Source: the human T2T-CHM13v2.0 reference genome, Homo sapiens. Taken from it: 64,000 nt of DNA. This document shows positions 29,265 to 46,560 of the stretch, piece after piece. Position numbers and translations under genes: made by a program. The first letter of the stretch is position 1; each line of letters opens with the position of its first letter. The notes beneath the pieces were generated by a model. It searched no databases. It saw nothing but the letters and a program-made list of their open reading frames with translations, and was not told the DNA's origin. The DNA lies in assembly GCF_009914755.1 (NCBI RefSeq), contig NC_060927.1. One strand, written 5' to 3'.

Positions 29265-31364
29265 TGTCACTCACTCAAGATTAGGCAAAGAAACAGTCTC
29301 CTAAGGTACATATACCTAGATATGAGGGTCATATTATATGTATCATTTAGGAACAAGTGCATTTATTGGTAATGGAAATGTGGGTGGTAGAATATTATAG
29401 AATTCCATCTTTACAGAATGTTTACTCTGTTTCTTTGCATATTTTCTTGGCATTTTTGAGAAAAGCAAACTCATATCACATGCACATTTTAACACTTATT
29501 TCATTTGTCCTACACACTTTCTTCATGAGCGAGACTTCAATAATCAGTGCGTCCAATGTATTGCATAGCCTTGGAATGTTTGAATGTACTCATGAGCCAA
29601 TTTTAGATTTATATATCCTCTGACTTTTCTTGAGTTTTAAAAAATTCATACACTCCTGTCTTAACTCCTCAGTGGTATTTCCTCTTTTCCAATAATACCT
29701 AAAAATCCAGTTTCTTTGCTCTATCAGATGTGGGTCTTCCATTTTGATTTCTGCTTTTTCACTGTTTTGCAATTGGTGCTATCATATCAGTGACACTAAC
29801 TAGTGGTTTTATTATACTACAGCGTAAAACAACTGCATTTCCTCTACATTTTTAAATGTCTTATCCACATTCAGGCTGTGCATACATTTCACGGAAATGC
29901 CCTGAACTTGTTAGTTGATCCACAAATAGCTCCTCTATATATTTATGGTAATACTTTATGCTGAACTACAATTTCACACTTAGAACTGTCCCTGTTGGTT
30001 TGTCTGTTTTAAATGTCATCTGCTCATATTTATAAATGTGGAATGAGCTTACTTAAATTGGATTTCTTGAGTCCAAGACACTTCTGATTTTCCTAATGAC
30101 CAAATAACCAAAAAGCAGAACAGATTAAGAAGAAAAAAGAAATCTCGGGCACACACACTTTCCAAGCAGTCAGGGTTTGTTTAAAGCTGCTTTGTTCGGC
30201 AGGAATGGTTAATAAAAGAAACATTTCCCCAAAGAATTGTTGTGGTCTTTAATTAAACTCCTTTCCCATAGGTTTGTAATATCACATTGAACAATATTTG
30301 GTCAGTTTCTCTGCCTGGCTTTCTTGGTCACATGCTGGACTTTATTGGATCCCGGGTCCTGAGGGAACATTAGGAGCAGAGAGAGGCAGGCCACATCAAA
30401 TGAAAGTTAATTGTGTTTGAGCTGTGTTGGAAACCAGCCTCCAGTGCGCCTTTGCTGAGAGCCAAGCTAAACACGCAGGTGCCCCAGCTGTCAGGGTGGG
30501 CCCAGGGCAGAGCATTTACCTGACATAGAGGATGTGCAGCCACCCAAAGAGGGTGACTGTGGAAGAGGCCAACACAGGGCCTTGCTTTTTGACCTTCTTG
30601 GGCTCCTGGACAATGGTCAACCAGGTGATTCATTCTACTGTGGGGGCTGAAAGTTGGGTTTTCTTCAAGAAGGGAGGGCTGCTGGATAGCAGCAGTTCAT
30701 TAAGACTCAGAACTGTCTGTGGAAAAGCTGTGATGAATTGCTCTAAATGACATGGATGCTAAGCACTGTTGCAGTTGCTGAAGAAATGTTTCATCTGGCT
30801 CTCTTCTTGCCCTCGAGTTGAGACTCAAATCAGAGCAGACACATGCCCGGCATATCTGACCTCAAAAGTGGATCGTTTTTCATGGAAATACCCATTTTCC
30901 TTCTTATCTGCTCTGAGGGTGGACCACTGCTGTCTCCCCAGCCCTTGGCACATCCATGGGCACATGTCCTTGCGAAGGGGACGCAGAGGTCTCCTGGGGC
31001 ACTGTTGACATTCTGTCTCTTTATCCAGATGGGAGTGCCACACCAGTTCATTTCACGATCATTGGTTCAACAGTTCACATGTTATATTTACATTGCTATA
31101 TTAATTAAGTTAAAACATGAAATTGCTAAGAGTGGGCCACTTTTTAATATATAAAAAATGGCAGTTGTGTATAATTCAATATAATATATTTTACCCAGGA
31201 AATGATAAAACAAGATTGTGAAAATACCATCAAATATATCAGTGGTCACAAGATACATATAGGCCCAAAAGAGGCTTCATGATGATGTTGCCATCATGGT
31301 GTGGGTGGTGATTTTAGCAGCTATTCCACTAAGTAGTGGTCCTTTTTTGTTTTGCTTTGTGTGA

Positions 31365-31555
31365 CAACACAGTGTGGTGGCTAGTGCCTGGCCCCATAGT
31401 CTGTCATGCTTGGGTTTGAGCCTCTGCTCTCCTGTGTACCAGCTGGTTGCCCTAGGGGAAGGTTTTGAGCCTATTTTTCCATCTGAAAATGAGGCTGGTG
31501 ATGGTACCTACTGCATAGGATCGCTGAAAAGTAGGTGCTCACATTTGGTAACACC
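31365..31555. mobile_element. MIR
   Basis: TTTTCCATCTGAAAATGAGG...GTACCTAC...CATAGG. Confidence 0.6.
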
Positions 31556-31682
31556 TACCTTGCCAGATGTGTTTCCTGCCATGTTGCCTTGGAATTTTCA
31601 TGCTCTAGATGATTTGGACTTCTTTTGTTTTTATTTGTTTGTTTTTGGACTTCTTTTCACTTCATTGGGTATGCTGTGTTCC

Positions 31683-32073
31683 TGTATTAGTCCATTCTCA
31701 TGCTGCTAATAAAGACATACCCAAGAAAAAGACATACCCAAGACTGGGTAATTTTTAGAGGAAATAGGTTTAATTGACTCACAGTTCTGCATGGCTGGGG
31801 AGGCCTCAGGAAACTTACAATTATGGTGGAAGGGGAAGCAAACATGTCTTCTTCCACATGGTGGCAGGAAGGAGAAGTGCCAAGCAAAAGGAAAAAAAAG
31901 TCCTCTTATAAAACCATCAGATCTCTTGAGAACTCACTATCATGAGAACGGCGTGGAGGTAGCCACCCCCATGATTCAATTTCCTCCCACCAGGTCCCTC
32001 CCATGACATGTGGGGATTATGGGAACTATAATTCTAGATGAGATGTGGGTGGGGACACAGCCAAACCATATCA
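31683..32073 (-). mobile_element. THE1 solo LTR (THE1C/D-like) within L2-like sequence
   Basis: TGTATTAGTCC...CAGCCAAACCATATCA. 5-bp TSD GTTCC/GCTCC. Small internal duplication of AAAGACATACCCAAGA. Confidence 0.93.
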
Positions 32074-32749
32074 GCTCCCTTCTGCTACTAAATCTCTGCA
32101 TATGCTGTCTCCCTACTTTCCAGAATATTCTTCTCCCATGCCTTTGCCTACTTGGTTCCTCCTCACACTTGAGATCTCGGCTAGTTTCTTGATTTCTTAG
32201 CTGCCCTTGGCATCTCTCACTAGGTTACAACTGTTGAGTCTTTTATACTCTCATAGAACCATGTAACTTCCTTTTGTAATATGGATCACAGCTGTGATTT
32301 CAGAGGAAGCTGTGTGATGGTTTGATGCATCTGTCACCCTTATTTAACTGTGGGCTCGGTACGGGCAGGAAATGAGAATGATTTTTCTCATCATTGCCCT
32401 CTGGGGGACCTAGCTCACAGTTGGTGCTCCAGAAATATTTAATAAATGAAGTCTTACACAATACCAGTCCTTATATTTTAAGGCTTTAATGAGAGTTCCT
32501 GTATTTCTGATAAAATAGTAAAATAGAAAGCCATGTTCATAAGTAGTGTCTATATACGTCTGTATGAGAATAAGAGATAACAGATAAACCCATCAGCTTC
32601 CAAAAATTCACCATGGGCATTTTGTGCAAAGTAGTGAGTAGGCAGGATAGCGGACGTTTTAAGAACAAAGAGTCTGTCAGATGTCTGACTTCAAGCTCAG
32701 TGCTTCACATGTCTCTGCTCTGTGATCTTGAAAAAGTTACTTTATCTGA

Positions 32750-33056
<307 letters not shown>

Positions 33057-33107
33057 TGAAACTCAATTTCTACAGAAGTAAACTGGATATTAAAAATAGT
33101 ACCCGAA

Positions 33108-33533
33108 TGCTATGGGTTGGAATATGTCCCTCCAAAATTTGTATGTTGAAGTCCCAAATCTTAGTACTTCAGAATGTGACCTTATTTGAAAATAAAGACT
33201 TTACAGAAACAATCAAGTTAAAGGGAGGTCATTAGGATGGGCCCTAATCAATACTGGTGCCCTTATAAAAAGGGGAAATTTGGACACGGAGACACGTTTT
33301 CTGAAGGAAGGAAAGGAAGCCGATGGAAGAGATGCAGGGAGAAGATGACTGTCTACAAACCAAGGAGAGAGGCCCAGAACAGATCCTTCCCCTGCAGCCC
33401 TCAGACGAAACCAACCCTGCTGACACTTTGACTTTGGAATTCCAGGCTCCAGAACTGTGAGATAATACATTTCTCTTGTGTGAGCCACCCAGTTTGTGGT
33501 ACTTTGTTATGGAAGCCCTAGCAAACTAATACA
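33108..33533 (+). mobile_element. MaLR LTR (MLT1B/C-like)
   Basis: TGCTATGGGTTGG...GCAAACTAATACA. TSD CCGAA/CTGAA. Confidence 0.88.
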
Positions 33534-33539
33534 CTGAAT

Positions 33540-33940
33540 GAGCCAACTTCATTTATAATGATGCTATGTATTAATCTAAAAATCTCAATGACTTACAGCA
33601 GAAAACATTTATTTTTCCTGCTCATGGCCTGTGGGTTGACTGTGGTTTTGTACAGACTCCAGGCCAATTGGCTTCAGATCTACTCCTTGTGCCTTTATCA
33701 TTCTGGTACTTGGCAGCTACCTGGGGCATTTTCTTGCCATGAAATAAGGCAGAAGAACAAGAGGTCAAGAAAATGTTGCAAACCCACTGGAAGTTTCTTA
33801 TGACATTATGTCTGCTGGATCTCACTGACCAAAGCAAGTCACCTGGCCAAGCCTGATAGGCAGAAACACACTATCTATTCTAGTGGGAGGCAATGACAAT
33901 CACATGGAAACAGGAGAGGGTGACAATAACCCAACTGACC
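33540..33940 (-). mobile_element. Old MaLR LTR (MLT1J/K-like)
   Basis: AAAATCTCAATGACTTAC...CAAAGCAAGTCACCTGGCCAAGCC. Confidence 0.55.
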
Positions 33941-34005
33941 CCAATACCTACACATCACAGGGTTGTCTTCAATAAATAAGATTTTGCATATAAAATTTTA
34001 GCAGA

Positions 34006-34310
34006 GGCCAGGCACGGTGGCTCACGCCTGTAATCCCAGCACTTTGGGAGGCCGAGGTGGGCGGATCACAAGATCAAGAGATTGAGACCATCCTGGCCAA
34101 CATGGTGAAACCCTGTCTCTACTAAAAATACAAAAATTAGCTGGGTGTGGTGGCGCACACCTGTAATCCCAGCTACTCAGGGAGGCTAAGTCAGGAGAAT
34201 CACTTGAACTTGGGAGGTGGAGGTTGCAGTGAGCCAAGATGGTGCCACTGTACCCCAGCCTGGTGACAGAGTGAGACTCCGTCTCAAAAAAAAAAATAAA
34301 AATAAAAAAA
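34006..34310 (+). mobile_element. AluSc-like
   Basis: Full dimer with A tail. Confidence 0.95.
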
Positions 34311-36109
34311 ATTTAGCCAAGTGTCTGGTACCTAGTCAGTGCTTGATAAGTTGTTGTTGCTGTTATTGTTGTTCTTATTGTTGAACAAATTCTAATGTTT
34401 ATCTTCTATTGCAAGTCTACATGGATATTTTCCCTCCAAACAAGGAGAATTAGCTGGGTGAATTGCATTAATATTTGGTTAAGTAAAAGTCTCTGTAGAC
34501 CATATTCTCACAGCTGTGATTAATTCTTTTAAATTCTTTAAAATTGCATGTCTGCTTCACTGGAATGAAACAGAGATATGATTTCAAGCTTATGTTTCTT
34601 GTTAGGACATTAAGGCCACAATTAAATGTCTTTTTTTTTTCCTCTGAAAAAAATCAAAGACTCTTAAAATGGATTGTTATGAAAGGACGCATAAATATGT
34701 TTTAATCGATAGTTGAATTCTCCAAAGCACCATCAAGACAAAGTGTTAAATGTTCTGATTAGATTTGTGATTGGTTAGGCTAGAAATCTATACAGTTGCA
34801 TGTCACACAATATTTAATAAATGGCATGTAGAGTATCTTAATTGTACCCATTTATCACTTCCCTCTGTTTCTAGATATATAAAGTTATCAAAATCTGGAA
34901 ACTCAAACATTTTATTGCGGAAATGGTTGGTTGGGCTTCATTCTCTGCTTCTTTTGCTGTATTGGATCTGGTTTTGAGTTAAATATTTCTGACACAACCT
35001 TCATGACTCATTTACATTTAAATAGCAACAGGAAATCTCTTTGCCAAGAAGGCTATTGGAATCAAATTTTACACCAGATTTTTTAAAAAGGCTTTATTAC
35101 CTATTATTTTGTACATCAGAATACTTTTTGCTTTCTACTTTGCAAATCTAAGCATCATAGGCAGTGTACAAGTTTATTATTTTTCATCTTGGACACTTAT
35201 TGCATCTGATGCTCATAATTTGTAACAGTTGCTATAATTTTAAAAATTAGAAATGAATTTCTGAGATGCTTATTGCCATTGCTATTGAATGTTTGGTACA
35301 GAGAGCTTGAAGTATAATGCATGCCCTTGAACTTGTTGTCACAAGTTGAATGAGATCTACTTATAGGAGGGGGAGTATATAATTATAGGAAAGGTGATAA
35401 AATCAAATAGATTCCATATCAGAAAATTGAGGTGTGATTTATAAACACCTAACTGATGAGAACATTTATTGCGACTCAATGCATGTTGAAGATGATCCAG
35501 AGCAAATCTCTGTAGCTTAGAAATGAACACTTTAGATAGAGGATCAGAAGATAAAAATTCCCAGGCATCCAAATGGATTTCACCTCCCACACTACCTCAT
35601 ATCCCCAGGAATTCTTTTAAGAAGGCATTGGAATCACAAGAAGGCTTCCAAGCTTATAAACCGACATCAGTGGCATCAGCTTAGTTAGACGTTGTTGTTC
35701 TAGATGTCCGTAGGAGGAAGAACAAATTCATTGTTTGCTGAGATCTTGTTATGATTTTCCCTGGCTTAGATTTTTTTTTTTAATTTTAAAAGAGAGGTTT
35801 GGAAAGGCCTTGCTTAATAACTTAATTATTATTGAATTCTTACTCTGTACCAGGCATTGAATGTCTTACATCCATGAGTTCATTTTCTTCCTTCTGAAAG
35901 TCATTTGAAGTAGGTCACATTATCCCTATTTAGGGAAAACTGTGGCCAGTAATAGAGCTGGGAGTAAGATCTTGGCAGCCAACCTAGAGAGTCCACATTC
36001 TTCATCACTATGCTTGTTTTCACTACCTCCTGTCTGTCCTTCTAGTGGGAGGCATTGAAAATCACATGGATCCCCTCCCTCTTTCCCTCAGGTGCTCATG
36101 TAGACACCC

Positions 36110-36330
36110 TGCATGCTGTGTTCTGCTATAGGCACTCGGGAGCAGGCATGTTTATGGCAGATAGGATGCCTGTCTTCAAGGAGCAGATAGTCTCCTGGAG
36201 GACACAGACAATAAACAAGGAAGCAAATAAGTGTATAATATAATTTCAGGTTGTGCAAAGTGCAATAAAAATAAAGCCAAGTAAGGGGCCGGAGATCTGG
36301 AAGGAGAACATTGACGATAGGAAGATTTTC
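36110..36330. mobile_element. L2 fragment
   Basis: CCTGTCTTCAAGGAGC...GACACAGACAATAAACAAG. Confidence 0.55.
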
Positions 36331-37154
36331 AACAAAAATACCAAGGTGTTCATAAATTCATTGACTCACTTGCTGGAAAGCTACGAAGCATGCCTTACTA
36401 GTGTAACTAAGTCTGATCTGGAAAGTCCAGGGGCCTCTTGGTGGGTCTTTAACCCACTGGACCACAGATGAAGAAAGTATAAGCCAGCAGGTGGCATTTC
36501 TAATGATCTCAGGACAAAACCTGGGACTTACTTGTTTCATTTGTGATCCCCCACCCCTTATCTTCTCTTTGAAAGTCCTGTCTGGAAGAAGCAGCAAATT
36601 AATTGTTTTGTTCTTAATTGGGAAGGCATTATAACTGACATTGTTCTTCTACAATACAGACCTAATGAGGGAGAGTGGCCATTTAGGAAGATTATATGGG
36701 ATATTTGAACAATTTTTGTAGGGTAAATGTTAGAAACTTAAAGTCAGACTATTAATGTTGAAAAATATAAAAATAGCCTTTCATCACCTGTTTATTACTT
36801 CCTTTCTTCATTTCATTCTTCATGAAAGTCAAGAACTATGGGTGAATTAGGATGGAGGATAAGCTAGGAGAGGGATTGGCAATAGGCTTTATCTTAAGCA
36901 CCTACCCTCACTCTTCTTGGAGGTTTCTTGGAGTGCAGTGTTGAGAAGAATTCTGAAGTTACAGCTGGGCTTGGTGGCAAGAATGCCATAGGCAATTAGT
37001 TATCTGCTGGGAGTCCAGGTAGGAGGAGTGGCTCTGAATTTGCAGACCAATGTTGGAACCAGGTTGTGGAAATCACTATCTTTTGATTCCTTTCATATGA
37101 CTGAGTCAGAAAACATGGTGAGGAAACATATCTGATGGACTTCAATTAAGACTG

Positions 37155-37478
37155 ACTCCCTCCTTTCCTTCCTCTCATTCCTCCCCTCCCCTCCCCTCCC
37201 CTCCCCTTCCCTCTTCCCCCTCCCCTCCCTTTTCTCCCTCCCTCCCGCCGCTCCCTCCTTCCTTCCTTCCTTCCTTCGTTCTTTCCTTTTCTTCCTCCCT
37301 CCTTCCCTTCCTTTTCTTTCCCCTTTCCTTCCTTTCTTTTCTTTCCTACTTTATTCCTTCCTTCTCTCCTCCCTCTCTCTCTTCCTACCTACCTGCTTTT
37401 CTTCCTTCCCTTCCGTCTCCTCTTTGTCTCTCTCTTTTCCCTCCTCCTCCTTATACCTTTCCTCTTCCCCCTTCTCTG
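37155..37478. repeat. CT-rich tract with (CCCCT)n and (CCTT)n
   Basis: Directly visible. Confidence 0.9.
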
Positions 37479-38362
37479 ACAAATTGTACAACATGACGGA
37501 GTTCACAGTTACAAAAAACATATGTTCCAGAGTTGGACTTCCTGGTACCAATTCTGGTTCTATCACATCCTATTAGTGTGCACCTTGTGCAGGACACCGA
37601 AACTCTTTGAACTTCAGCTTCCTTATCAGCAGTATGGGAGAATAATGCCTCCTTCCTCATGCCTATCATTTTGGGACTCTAGAAATATTTCTTACAGGAC
37701 TGTTTCTCAATATGTGACACACATGCCACTGTTGGGAGGTTTACATGGTTTTAGGAGTTTTACGGACAAGGCATTAAATAAAATGGTCTTCTCTTGTTTT
37801 TCTTAGAATCTTTCTGTTAACTCAAGGATAAAGTCTTAATTTAGAGTTCTTTTCTCTAAGAACAGTCTAACACTGCTTTATTAGCTAAGAGAACAGACCC
37901 ACTCAGAGCTTTCTGTTGAGACTGTCTATAGCCTGAAATTAATAATGTCATTTGCATTGTATTATATTTAGAATTACCTTCCTTTATGATGAGTGATACT
38001 TGTTTTATACTCAGAGAGAGGTTACAAACTTCCTTTCTCATTTTTGTGTAAATGTGAAAAGTGAGTCTATTTAAAGAAAAAATTCCAAATACATAATGGA
38101 ATAATATACTGTCATGACCTTGAAATGCGGCCTGCAAATTGCTAGTGGTCAGGTGTAGGCAATGGAGTCAATGGAGACAGACCACAGGGATCGGGGAGCC
38201 AGTTAGGAGTAGGTTAGGAGAGGGTTCTCTCTGTTCTTGCCATGCTGGCCTTCCTTCTGTCCTTCTATCCTGCCAGATTGTCCTCTCTGCTTATAGTTCT
38301 TGTCCCCATTTCCACTTCCCTTTACCGAGTTTTTTTTATTTTTCAGATTTCTGCTCAATTGC

Positions 38363-38671
<309 letters not shown>

Positions 38672-40173
38672 CCCAGAAAATGGTGATGTTCCTTGATTCT
38701 TCCTGAAAGGCCATATTGTTTGTTATTGGTTCTTCTAGAATAGTGTTCAGTTTCTTCTGAGCACACATCGCTGGCTAATTCTATATTGATTGGTGGGATT
38801 GTATGAGTGGTGTCTGTCCCTGTTGGACTATAGGCGCCTTGTGGACAGGGTCCACGTCTGTTCTAGTTCAGCATTATCCCCAGCACCTACCAGAATATAG
38901 AAATTGTTACATTTCCTGTAATTTACTAAAAAAAAATTAATATAGACAGTTTAATATATCTCTCCATGTAGGTGTAAGTTAACTTTAAATTATAATTTAG
39001 AAGAAGTTAACATTTGGATTAATCTAGTCAGGAATTGACATTCCAGGCCTGCCATCTGATATCCCTGTCTGAGTCTGTACTATCTGGTCTGTTAATTAAC
39101 ATAAAGGATGTTAGAAATAATTTTTATTGGTAAAATAAATGATGTTCAAGATATCTAATTGGTTAGAAATCTGTTCTTGCACAAATGGGGTTCAAGAATA
39201 AGGCTATTACAGGTCTAGGACACTGAAAGGTCCAAGTCCCCCACTCATGGGTGAATTCTGTTGTCTAATTTAATTAGATGGGAAGCAAATCTGTCCTTAG
39301 AACACTATTAATTGTGCTTTACAAAGTACCTCAAAACCCTGAGAACAGAGAGTTTGCCCTGCTTAGGTCCAGGTGGTTTGATTCTCTGGGGACCTACTTA
39401 CCCATAAATGATTGATGGTATGGTAGAACTCGATCTGAGGCTTGCTTGCGTTGTGACATGCCACCTGGGTAAGAGGAAGGGCTGAGGAGCCTGTAACTCT
39501 CAATCACCTCCAAACATTGGAGGTCCCCCATATTCACCAAAAGAGCTTGACGACTGGTCATGGCCACTTGGCTTTGGTCGTATTACAAGAGAGCAACAGA
39601 CAATGGCTGAAGGCGGGATAAAGGGAAGAGGCGGTGGTGGGTTGAAGAATATTGAGCTGGAGTCAACAGAACTTGATGACTGATTTATGGGGATGTGAAG
39701 GAGGAGGCAAAGATGACTGAGGTGTGGGTCCTGGGAGCAGGTTTCGAGGTGTGGTTTGGTTGAAGGAGGCTTAATATTCTGTCTTGTAAACCCAGCTGGT
39801 CACTGGCTCCATTAGGAAGCAGACAATGTTGGTCTTTGCTCACCTCTCATCTCTCCTTCACTAGGCCCCATTGTCTAATCTACCTTACCCATGCCTCTGT
39901 CCTAAGTAACATCCTACCTGTCTGGTGTGCCGAGACTATTGCCCATGTCTTTGTTGTCTAGAAAAAGCACCATGGAATTGTTTACTTACCCAAGCTAAAT
40001 TGGCTGATAATGGCTGGAAATCTTATGGGGCTCCAATCCATGTAAATCAATATGTGGTTTTTTTTTTTTTGAAAAAAACTTTACATTTTGAACTCAGGTT
40101 TACTGAAAAATTCCAAAATGAGCACCGAGAATTTTCTTATATATGTCACCCACATCCCTAATTATAAGATCTA

Positions 40174-40472
40174 TTTTTTTTTTTTTTTTTGAGATGGAGT
40201 CTTGCTCTGTCACCCATGCAGGAGTGAAGTGACGTGATCTTGGCTCACTGCAACCTCCGTCTCCCACGTTCAAGTGATTCTCCTGCCTCAGCCTCCCAAG
40301 TAGCTGGGATTACAGGCACCCACCACCATACCTGGCTAATTTTTGTATTTTTAGTAGAGATGGGGTTTTGCCATGTTGGCCAGGCTGGTCTCAAACTCCT
40401 GACTTCAGGTGATCCACCTGTTTTGACCTCCCAAAGTGCTGGGGTTACAGGTGTGAGCCACCGCACTCGGCC
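40174..40472 (-). mobile_element. AluSx-like
   Basis: TSD TAAT(T/G)ATAAGATCT. Confidence 0.95.
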
Positions 40473-40490
40473 CTTAATGATAAGATCTTA

Positions 40491-40821
40491 GGCTGGGCCC
40501 TGTGGCTCATGCCTGTAATCCCAGCACCTTAGGAGGCCAAGGCAGGAGGATTGCTTGAGCCCCAGAGTTTGAGACCAACCTGGGAAGCACAGTGAGACCC
40601 CAAATCTAAAAAAAACAAAATAACAACAACAAAAAAAAAACAACAAAAAACACACACACAAATGAGCTGGGTGTGGTGGCATGTGCCTGTAGTCCTAGCT
40701 ACTCAGGAGGCCAAGGTGGGAGGATCACTTGAGCCTGGGAGGTTGCTGCAGTGAGCTGAGATCATACCACTGCACTCCGGCCTAGGTGACACACTGAATT
40801 CCTGTCTCAAATAAAAACAAA
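40491..40821 (+). mobile_element. AluJ-like with an expanded middle A-rich linker
   Basis: GGAGGATTGCTTGAGCCC AluJ diagnostics. Confidence 0.92.
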
Positions 40822-40835
40822 CCTCAAAACTTTTG

Positions 40836-41175
<340 letters not shown>

Positions 41176-42197
41176 CTATTAACTGAACTATAGCCCTTAT
41201 TCAAAATTCACCAATTTTTCTCCCAATGCCCATTTTCTGCCCCAGGACCTCATCCAGGCCCCCATATTGCATTTAGTGGTCATTTCTCTTTAGTTTCCTC
41301 CAGTCTGGGACTGTATATCAATCTTTACTTGTCTTCCATGACCTGCATTCACACTTTTGAAGAGTACTGATCAGTTATTTTATAGAATAGCCCTCAGTTT
41401 GGGTTTATCTAATGTTTTTTCATAATTGGACTGATGCTATACATTTTTGGCAAGAATTCTACAAAAATATAGTGTCCTCAATGAGTTACATGAAGGGGTG
41501 TGTGATGTTGATATGTCTTATTACAGAGGGTGTTTTCCTTGATCACTTGGCTAAGTTGGCGGTTGCCAAATTTCTTCCCTGTCAAGTCACTATATTTCCC
41601 TTTGTAGTTGAAAACTTAATCTGTGATTTTTAACTTGGTAGCACGGCAATGAGGGAAATAAAATTTTGTACAGAAGGAGAAAGTTTCCCCTTCTTCCCAA
41701 CCCCCATTTAAAAAGCTTTCATTTGAAAAATATGGTTTGTCCTAGAAAACTTAAGCAGAATGGTTGATGTGGCTAAAATAAAACTATCTTTTGGCTGTTT
41801 CAGTGACAGTTTTAAAAAATGAAAACAGTGAAAACAGTGACGATTCCTTTCTCCATTCTGCCATCTCTGTAAAAACCCGTCTTTGATCATTTAACTTTCC
41901 TGATTAAAAATGTTTGGTTGGTTCCAAATGACTACAGGAAAATGTCCCAACCTCCCGGTTTGCCACTCAAGACCTTCTGCAATAAGACTGCAATTGACTT
42001 TTCCATCTCTTTCCTACTTCCCCTCTCTTCTGCCCTCCTCTCCCAGGAATTCTATCTCTCAGCTGTGTATAACAACCACCATTCACTGGGTCTTTGTTTT
42101 TGCTTATGCAATTCTCTCAGCCAGGACCATTCTTCTTTTCTCACCTCTACCATTTTGAACCCTTGTTCTGTTTTGATAAATATTATCTCACACTTTC

Positions 42198-44135
<1,938 letters not shown>

Positions 44136-44988
44136 TCAAAAGTCCAATTAGCTATGGCCAGGCAGGAAATGCCACTTGGTGGAAACATGGCTGCCAGCTG
44201 TGGGCAGCCACTTCCCATAGATGGGGGCAGATCCTGCATCCTTACAGTTGTCTCCTGAATACGTGTGGGAGTAGGGACAGTGGCCCAGAGGAGGAAGACT
44301 AATGTCTGGTCATTTTGAGGGTGGGAGGAGACAAGAGGAATTCTCCAGCTCAGCCTCTAGGACAAAGTTTGACCTTTAAATCCAGAGGGCCTCAGGTAGA
44401 TATCTAAAGAAATTGTTTTCCTGAGGGACTTTTGAGATTTAAGACACAAGCTTGGCTGCCCTGCACCAAGGTAACAGAGCAGGACTCAGAGTTTGAAAAA
44501 GGGACAATTTTTTTTTTTTCCTGCATGGAAATCAAGCATGGCTTTAGTGCAGCAAAGACTGAAGGGAGCTCAGTGCCATGCAGGGTTTTCTTCTTTGGGA
44601 GCACTAGTGAGATTGCATTCTGGACAGAGAAACAGCATTCTCTGAGGGGCTGGGCTGCAGTGGCAATAGGGGAGGGAGATGATGTTGGGGCTGCTCCACC
44701 CAGCAGGTGCCAACCAGGATGCCAGAGAAGAAAGATACATCGAAAAAAACTCCCCGCAGTAATAGGAGCTTTTGAAGTGGGGGCCACAGAGCCAGTGCAA
44801 TTGAGACATAAATGTAATTTCGCTTGTACTTTCCGCACTGGTGAGGTTTGGGATTGCTCAGATTACATTCAAACCTGCCCAACAACTTTTTTTTTCTTTA
44901 ATGGAAACAGCTTAGTTATTCCGTATCACTCACCTATGGAAGCCTCTCATCTTCCTGAAGGCTCATTTAAAACTCAGGCCAACCAACT

Positions 44989-45016
44989 AACAACAACAAC
45001 AACAGCAACAACAACA
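44989..45016. repeat. (ACA)n repeat with one interruption
   Basis: Directly visible. Confidence 0.85.
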
Positions 45017-46005
45017 AAAAGCCCTGGCTGTTAATCCCCTGGTTTTCACTTACATGCAGCACTGTATGCTTCAGTGACACCTTTTCAGGGTTTCCAGGAG
45101 AATGAAGTTGACTGGCAAGGGGCTTTCGAGACTGTCAACTCCCCCAAAGGCAGTTTGGGGTTTGTCGTCAGCAGACTTGGCCAAGCATGCATTGAAATAA
45201 CTCATTACTCGTTCTACCTGTTGTTTTAAAAAGGCAGCATTGAGACACTTTATATATTTTGCTGTGGGGGTTTTGGCAGAACATATTTCAAATGGGGGAA
45301 AGAAAATAACAAACAGTGGGCAAGGGCAAATGAATTTCCTATGACCGCTGGCTAGTTAGGGCACATGCATATGTTGCGTGCGGGTTGAATTAGAGTATTT
45401 GGAGACACTGTGCTATTCTTTCTGAAGCCCTTTACTTATTATTCATGGTTTCATTATGGTCCCTTTTATTCACACACACATCTGGGGGAGGGGGCAGGTG
45501 GTGGATTTAGTCTTAAAAAAACAAACAAACATAAAACTTGCCATATATTTTAGAGTTATAGGTGCACGCATTTCTTTCCTCCTATCAAATCTTGCTTTTC
45601 CATTTTAGCCACATAAATGGTTGTCATAGTGACATTTCCTTCCAGCCTCCTTAGCTTTGGTATGGAGCAGAGAGCTCAGAGAGTATCCAGTGACCATAAA
45701 TCAATTTCTTAACTGTCCCCTTCACTCCCTGGAACTAATCAGATATGAGGTCGGCTATGGCTGCTCCTGCTATTCCAAAATGAGTGGAAATTATGTCAAA
45801 ATTAGGCAAAAAATAGACTCTGTCTGAGTTACTCAGAATGGTATTGTTTATTTTTGGAGAAAAGTATGTTAGTTTGGCATTTCAAGGAGCACTTAGCCAG
45901 TAAAAGTCATGATTTCTGGGATCTAGCAGGAAAGTGGACATTTAATTCCTTCTAAAAATCTCTGATATCTTGGGTGTTGAGTAGATTCTTAAAAGTTGTG
46001 AGATG

Positions 46006-46560
46006 CAAAGAACTTAAAACAGAACTGCCATTCAACCCAGCAATCCCATTACTAGACATATATCCAAAAGGAAACAAATCATTCTACCAAAAGACACATG
46101 CACTCGTATGTTCATCGTGGCACTATTCACAATAGCAAAGACATGGAATCAACCTAGGTGCCTAATAACGGTAGATTGGGTAAAGAAAATGTGGTACATA
46201 TACACCATGGAATACTATGCAGCCATAAGATGAATGAAATTGTGTTCTTTGCAGTAACAAAGATACAGCTGGAGGCCATTATCCTAAGCGAACTAATGTA
46301 GGAACAGAAAGCCAAGTACTACGTGTTCTTACTTATAAGTGGGAGCTAAACAATGGGTCCTCATGGATATAAAGATGACAGCAACAGACACTGGGGACGA
46401 CTGGAGGGGAGAGGAGAGTAAGGGTTGAAAACCTATTGGGTACTATGCTCACTACCCGGTTGATAGGATCAATTGTACCCCAAACCTCAGCTTCAAGCAA
46501 TATACCCAGGTAACAAGCCTGCACAAGTATCCCCAAATCTAAAATAAAAGTTGAAACTAT
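46006..46560 (+). mobile_element. 5'-truncated older L1PA 3' fragment
   Basis: GAACTGCCATTCAACCCAGCAATCCCATTAC...TCTAAAATAAAAGTTGAAA. Confidence 0.92.

Noticed and set aside
44432-45034. 200-aa ORF on the + strand with overlapping antisense ORFs
   Set aside because: Starts at TTG, has no recognisable domain, and ends in an (ACA)n-derived Thr run. Consistent with a chance ORF.
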